In this document: in pieces, positions 40,748-45,187 of the stretch
Layout of the letters: each line of letters begins with the position of its first letter
Position numbering within the stretch: position 1 is the first letter of the stretch
Origin: Deltaproteobacteria bacterium
GTDB lineage: Bacteria; Desulfobacterota; Syntrophia; Syntrophales; UBA6807
NCBI GenBank assembly: GCA_011056835.1
Contig: DSDU01000096.1
Location: 1 to 45,187 of the forward strand
Length of the DNA stretch: 45,187 nucleotides
Direction: 5' to 3'
The notes under the pieces: model-generated
What the model was told of the DNA's origin: nothing
What the model saw: the letters and a program-made list of their open reading frames with translations, nothing else
Database searches by the model: none
Position numbers and translations under genes: made by a program

Positions 40748-41761
40748 ATGAGCATAAAAGTCGCGATCAATGGTTTTGGAAGAGTAGGCAGGTACTTGGT
40801 CAGGGCGAGTCTCGGACGAGACGACATCGAGATCGTCGCCGTTAACACGCGGGCAAAGGCGACAACGCTCTGTCACCTTCTCAAATATGATTCGGTCCAC
40901 GGGATATTTAATGCGGAAATCACTGGTGAAGAAGGCAAAATCATTGTCAACGGCAAACCAATTACCGTAACGAACGAAACAGCAAATCTCGCACAGCTTC
41001 CCTGGAAGGACCTCGGAGTGGACATTGTCTTGGAATCGACGGGTAAATTCAGAAAAAAGGATCAGTGCCGTCCCCATCTCGATGCCGGTGCTAAGAAAGT
41101 CATTATTGCCGCCCCCGGTAAGGGCGTCGACGGAACGTTTGTCATGGGAGTCAATGAAGAAATGTATGACCCCGCCAGACATCACATCGTTTCGAATGCA
41201 TCCTGCACGACAAACTGCCTGGCCCCGGTTGTAAAAGTCATTCACGATAATTTCACCGTTGTCCGAGGACTTATGACAACAATTCACGCTTACACTATGG
41301 ATCAACGCCTTCTCGACGGATCGCACAGCGACCTGCGAAGGGGTCGTGCGGCTGCGCTTTCCATAGTACCGACATCAACAGGTGCGGCCAAGGCAGTCGC
41401 CGAAGTCATACCAGCTCTCGAAGGCAAGCTTGACGGAATTGCCATGAGAGTCCCCACACCAAATGTATCCGTTGTCGATCTGGCCGTGGAGGTTGGAAAA
41501 AGAGTCACTATCGACGACATCAACGGGGCACTTAAAGAAGCAGCAGAAGGCAGGCTCAAGGGAATCATGGCATTCTGCGACGAAGAACTTGTATCGGTGG
41601 ACTTTACAAGCGATTCCCATTCTTCGATCGTGGACGGTCCGATCACCACGGTCATTGACGGTAATTTTGTTAAAGTATTCTCATGGTATGACAATGAAAG
41701 CGGCTTTGCGTGCAGAATGGTCGATCTCGCCACATTCATGGGCAAAAAGATGACGGGATGA
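40748..41761 (+). CDS. gap: Type I glyceraldehyde-3-phosphate dehydrogenase
   Basis: AINGFGRVGR, SNASCTTNCLAP, PTSTGAAKA and SWYDNE. GGAGG RBS before ATG 40748. Confidence 0.97.
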   Translation: MSIKVAINGFGRVGRYLVRASLGRDDIEIVAVNTRAKATTLCHLLKYDSVHGIFNAEITGEEGKIIVNGKPITVTNETANLAQLPWKDLGVDIVLESTGKFRKKDQCRPHLDAGAKKVIIAAPGKGVDGTFVMGVNEEMYDPARHHIVSNASCTTNCLAPVVKVIHDNFTVVRGLMTTIHAYTMDQRLLDGSHSDLRRGRAAALSIVPTSTGAAKAVAEVIPALEGKLDGIAMRVPTPNVSVVDLAVEVGKRVTIDDINGALKEAAEGRLKGIMAFCDEELVSVDFTSDSHSSIVDGPITTVIDGNFVKVFSWYDNESGFACRMVDLATFMGKKMTG

Positions 41762-41765
41762 CACT

Positions 41766-42512
41766 ATGATCAAACCACTTATTGCGGCAAACTGGAAAAT
41801 GAACAAAACAATCGCCGAAGCTGAGGATTTTGCAATGCAGGCAAAGAAAAAGTTTGCCGCTATCGGTCGCGACATTATCTTTGCGCCACCATACACGGCC
41901 CTCTATGCCGTAGGAAAAATCCTGAAAGGATCACCGGTACACTTGGCGGCTCAAAATATGCATTGGGCCGAAAAAGGCGCTTTTACCGGAGAAGTGTCGG
42001 CGGCGATGCTTGTCGATGCCGGATGCGACTACGTCATCATCGGCCATTCGGAGCGGCGTACCATCTTCAGTGAAGATAACCGCCTGATCAACCAGAAAGT
42101 TGTAGTCGCATTGAAATCAAATCTGAAACCGATCTTCTGCATCGGAGAAACTCTGGAAGAAAGAGAGTCGGAAAAGACTTTCGACATCCTTCGGCAACAA
42201 TTACAACAGGGATTGAATAATATTTCATCTGATGATATAAGGCATTGCATCATTGCGTACGAACCTGTCTGGGCAATCGGTACCGGCAGAACGGCAACAC
42301 CCGAACAGGTCGAAAAAGCTCACTCTTTTACAAGAAAAGTAATCGGCAATTTACACGGCGCGGCGATCAGCGACAACATACCGATACTGTATGGCGGCAG
42401 CGTCAATCCCGAAAACGTTTCCGGCCTCATGTCGCAGCGCAATATCAACGGCGCCCTCGTTGGCGGAGCGAGCCTCGACATTGAATCGTTCGCAAAAATT
42501 GTCGGATTTTAA
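41766..42512 (+). CDS. tpiA: Triosephosphate isomerase
   Basis: ANWKMN, GHSERR, AYEPVWAIGTG, YGGSV and LVGGASL. Confidence 0.98.
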   Translation: MIKPLIAANWKMNKTIAEAEDFAMQAKKKFAAIGRDIIFAPPYTALYAVGKILKGSPVHLAAQNMHWAEKGAFTGEVSAAMLVDAGCDYVIIGHSERRTIFSEDNRLINQKVVVALKSNLKPIFCIGETLEERESEKTFDILRQQLQQGLNNISSDDIRHCIIAYEPVWAIGTGRTATPEQVEKAHSFTRKVIGNLHGAAISDNIPILYGGSVNPENVSGLMSQRNINGALVGGASLDIESFAKIVGF

Positions 42513-42534
42513 CAACACAAGGAGATAAAAAACA

Positions 42535-42894
42535 TTGCACGCATTTATTAGTATCCTTCACATCGTGATCTGCCTGCTTCTCATATTCATCGTTCTCGTT
42601 CAGTCAGGCAAGGGAGCGGACATGGGAGCCGCCTTCGGCGGATCGAGTCAGACCCTTTTCGGAAGCGCGGGACCGGCAACCTTTCTCGGAAAAATGACCT
42701 CAGTCATCGCAACGGTTTTCATGATCACATCTCTCTGGCTTGCCTATTTTGCCGTCCATAAGCCCAGTTCAGTAATTGATAATTTTTCCCCGCCGGCAGT
42801 AGAACAAACCATCCCGATAAATGAAGCCGGAGGAAGCGCACCCGCTGAGCCTGGAACAGTGTCGACGCCTGCGGACAGGGACGATCAAAAATAA
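42535..42894 (+). CDS. secG: Preprotein translocase SecG
   Basis: Two transmembrane helices flanking LVQSGKGADMGAAFGG; tpiA-secG-tRNA-Leu gene order; TTG start after AAGGAG. Confidence 0.95.
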   Translation: MHAFISILHIVICLLLIFIVLVQSGKGADMGAAFGGSSQTLFGSAGPATFLGKMTSVIATVFMITSLWLAYFAVHKPSSVIDNFSPPAVEQTIPINEAGGSAPAEPGTVSTPADRDDQK

Positions 42895-42946
42895 AAGCCA
42901 TTGATTGACGCACATAAAAAATTGTAAAGTGCGCTTGTTTTTTGTA

Positions 42947-42975
42947 TTGACAAAGAGAAAAAAAACACATAGCCT
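42947..42975 (+). promoter_or_regulatory. Promoter of tRNA-Leu
   Basis: TTGACA-17 nt-TAGCCT, 11 nt before the tRNA. Confidence 0.6.
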
Positions 42976-42986
42976 TTGACCTCAAA

Positions 42987-43073
42987 GCCGAAGTGGTGGA
43001 ATTTGGTAGACACGCTATCTTGAGGGGGTAGTGGGCACAACCCGTCCGGGTTCAAGTCCCGGCTTCGGCACCA
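42987..43073 (+). tRNA. tRNA-Leu(GAG)
   Basis: Anticodon arm CTATC-TT-GAG-GG-GGTAG; long variable arm; 87 nt; encoded CCA. Confidence 0.96.
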
Positions 43074-43087
43074 TATACAAAAGCAGG

Positions 43088-43119
43088 GGGTTATCCTGAA
43101 AAAGGATAACCCTTTTTTT
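43088..43119 (+). terminator. Intrinsic terminator after tRNA-Leu
   Basis: GGGTTATCCT-GAAAA-AGGATAACCC followed by T7. Confidence 0.85.
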
Positions 43120-43292
43120 AACATCAAATGTTTTTGATCAACGCATCAGTCAACATTTAGATTTGATGGCTTCGTAGAAAGTCGGACCCGTATAACTATT
43201 CCGAGAAAACATTCTACATTCCTCGCCCCTCACGCGAGGATGAACCGGACGATGTATCAGATGCAGCGCCGCCTGACTCTGGAATCCGATTA

Positions 43293-44552
43293 TCAGAGCA
43301 TCAGAGCGGCCGCGGCGCCTGTCACGAGCATGAGACAAAAACCAGGCAGGATCGCCCGGCGGAGAGATGGGGCCCCCATAAACAGGACAAGGCAACCCTT
43401 GAAAAAGGTGTTTGAAACGGCGGCAAACATGACTGCCCGTCCGGCGGTCTGAAGGGAACTTCCCGTCTCCCCGCGGCTGAGATCGGCTACCGACAGGGCG
43501 ATGGCATCCACGTCAGCCAACCCGGCAACAATACTTGAAAGATAGATGCCCGTGTCCCCCAGGTACACATGGGCTGCCTTGGAAAGAAACAGAATGATTA
43601 CGAAAATGATACCAAAGGTTACCGCCGGCACCAGTTCAAAAGGATTGTGAAACGCTACATCGGCTTCCTGATCGGTTTTATGCCTCAGATACAGGTAAAT
43701 ACAATAGGCCAGCCCTGCGACAATGGGAACCATGATGGGCAGGAAAATCTGTCGTGCCAAGGGGAAGTTGACCACCGCCACTTCGACGATAACCCGGGAG
43801 AACATGACCGTCCACGCCACGATTATTGCGAGAGCAAAGGGTTTTGAAAACTCCTCATCGGTTTTGCTCTTAGAGGTAAAGCTGAGGGTAACGGCCGTGC
43901 TGGATGCAAGACCTCCCAGAAGACCGGTCAGTCCGATTCCTTTCCGAGCTCCGGCGATCTTGATCAGAATGTATCCCACGAAACTTATTCCCGAAATCAG
44001 AACAACGAGAAGCCAGATTTTGTAAGGATTGAATATATCGAACGGTGCGGGACCAAAAACCCGGTTGGGGAGTACAGGCAGTACGATCGCCGTGATGACG
44101 GCGAACTTCATGGTGGCAAAGATATCTTCTCGGGTCAGGCGCTCGACGAACCGGTGCATCTCCGGTTTGATGGAAAGAAGGACCGCCGTCGCCACACCGA
44201 TAGCTACGGCAAGGGCAAGCTGATCCCAGTAGGCCAGGGCGCCGGCCAAAAGGGTTAGAATCCCCGACGTTTCAGTGGTGAGACCAGTATCCCCATTCCA
44301 TGCATCGATAAAATAGTTGACGGCGAAAAATATGCCAACGATGATAATAATCGCCGTCAGTGGCCACGGAGACCGCATGAGATCAGACAGAAAGGCCCCC
44401 GCACAGCCGAGAAGTCCCATGACGGCAAGGGTTCTGACGCCGGTGGCCAGTTCCTTGCCCGGTGTATCGAACGCATATTCCCGCTGCATACCCACAAGAA
44501 CTCCGATTATGAGTGCGACACCGAATCGGATAAAAAGACCGGATTCTTCCAT
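43293..44552 (-). CDS. MgtC/SapB-family membrane protein with a DUF4010-like C-terminal region
   Basis: N-terminal ALIIGVLVGMQRE, GVRTL and GLTTE; then LPVLPN, NPYKIWLLVVLIS, GGLASSTAVT and GLADVDAI. Polytopic, 419 aa. Confidence 0.85.
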   Translation of the reverse strand: MEESGLFIRFGVALIIGVLVGMQREYAFDTPGKELATGVRTLAVMGLLGCAGAFLSDLMRSPWPLTAIIIIVGIFFAVNYFIDAWNGDTGLTTETSGILTLLAGALAYWDQLALAVAIGVATAVLLSIKPEMHRFVERLTREDIFATMKFAVITAIVLPVLPNRVFGPAPFDIFNPYKIWLLVVLISGISFVGYILIKIAGARKGIGLTGLLGGLASSTAVTLSFTSKSKTDEEFSKPFALAIIVAWTVMFSRVIVEVAVVNFPLARQIFLPIMVPIVAGLAYCIYLYLRHKTDQEADVAFHNPFELVPAVTFGIIFVIILFLSKAAHVYLGDTGIYLSSIVAGLADVDAIALSVADLSRGETGSSLQTAGRAVMFAAVSNTFFKGCLVLFMGAPSLRRAILPGFCLMLVTGAAAALML

Positions 44553-44589
44553 GATTTGAACCTGTTTCAGCTTTTCCGATCGTTGGTTA

Positions 44590-44687
44590 TTTCCTGTGAG
44601 CGGGACCCTTCCGGAGAATCGCCCGCCTTGATATGACTACCCGTACATAAGTCGTCTGGTTGCCCACTGTATCGACAGTGCAGGAAA
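44590..44687 (-). ncRNA. Candidate structured 5' leader RNA (four-way junction), unassigned family
   Basis: Closing stem TTTCCTG/CAGGAAA encloses three hairpins. It lies between the promoter and the start codon. Confidence 0.4.
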
Positions 44688-44705
44688 CGTTTTTATTTAT
44701 GCAAA

Positions 44706-44735
44706 AGTATATGGGGCGAGGCTCATAAGTGTCAA
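44706..44735 (-). promoter_or_regulatory. Sigma70-type promoter upstream of the MgtC/DUF4010 gene
   Basis: TTGACA-18 nt-TATACT. Confidence 0.65.
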
Positions 44736-45187
44736 GGGGGGATTTGGCCTGGACACATGGAGTATTGCTGTATGTATGGCAAAATCCGATCTCGAAAAAT
44801 GAATTTTTGACGGAGTACCGGAAATCCGATCGCTGATAACCGAACATCTTCATCTCCGCATGCCTGATTGCCGCATCCTTGAACTCCGGAATCCAGGCAT
44901 GGCAGCATCTCCATCCGAGGGAAAATTTCCTTGTCAAAGAAATTGTTACCTGTTATCTAACAACATGAATGGCAATGCCCGCGAAGCGGGACACAGGGGA
45001 AGTTACAGCGTTGTCGCCTACGCCTCAACTGACCGGGTAATTTTTTCTTCCCTTTCTAAGAAAGGCTAGAGTTTAGAGTTTCCTTAGCGCCTGTTGTTCT
45101 TTAAAAAAAGCATACCTCACCGTCGGTGCCTTTTTAAGCGGCAAATAACGCATTGATTGTACAGATGTAACGCTGTTATTCAGGCAA

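Noticed and set aside
40661-41326. 221-aa minus-strand ORF opposite gap; also gap as erythrose-4-phosphate dehydrogenase
   Set aside because: The ORF is an antisense shadow. The GAPDH keeps HAYT (Thr179) and sits next to tpiA, which fits Gap rather than Epd.
44606-44617. TCCGGAAGG as the SRP RNA (ffs) loop, and nearby GGCAACC as a SAM-I riboswitch
   Set aside because: The flanking SRP consensus (CAGG before, AAGCAGC after) and the SAM-I AUC/GAU and kink-turn elements are absent.
44909-44937. Second minus-strand TTGACA
   Set aside because: No plausible -10 element at 16-18 nt spacing.
44587-45069. ORFs 44587..44937 (-), 44732..44914 (-) and 44860..45069 (+)
   Set aside because: No recognisable motifs, atypical composition, and the minus-strand ORFs overlap the predicted promoter and leader.
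43074-45187. Genomic island integrated at tRNA-Leu
   Set aside because: No integrase and no duplicated tRNA 3' end within the window; the somewhat higher GC of the membrane gene is not enough evidence.

Overview
This window is mostly housekeeping sequence from a bacterium. Gene order and protein style suggest Deltaproteobacteria/Desulfobacterota, possibly Syntrophales-like; that placement is inference. The core is a minus-strand translation/transcription supercluster: tRNA-Thr/Tyr/Gly/Thr, rpmG, tRNA-Trp, secE, nusG, rplKAJL, rpoBC, rpsL, rpsG, a spacer with no fusA, tuf, then the S10, spc and alpha operons. Left of it are a small EF-Tu-domain-II-like gene, a class II cyclic-nucleotide phosphodiesterase-like gene, folC, lptD, rplM-rpsI, argC, cysS and a lipoprotein. 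Right of it are a MEMO1-AMMECR1 (AmrB-AmrA) fusion, gap-tpiA-secG, tRNA-Leu and an MgtC/SapB-DUF4010-like membrane protein. I see no CRISPR array, transposase, integrase, prophage, rRNA or intein. The most notable observations are: (1) EF-Tu has paired substitutions in its aminoacyl-binding pocket (E215G and N273D, E. coli numbering), and the locus has also lost fusA and the second tuf copy; (2) a multi-stem RNA that I cannot assign to a known family lies between a strong promoter and the MgtC/DUF4010 gene; (3) the AmrB-AmrA fusion has a signal-peptide-like N-terminus and no radical-SAM partner; (4) a standalone EF-Tu-barrel-like microprotein follows rplQ. All calls were made by eye and no searches were run.
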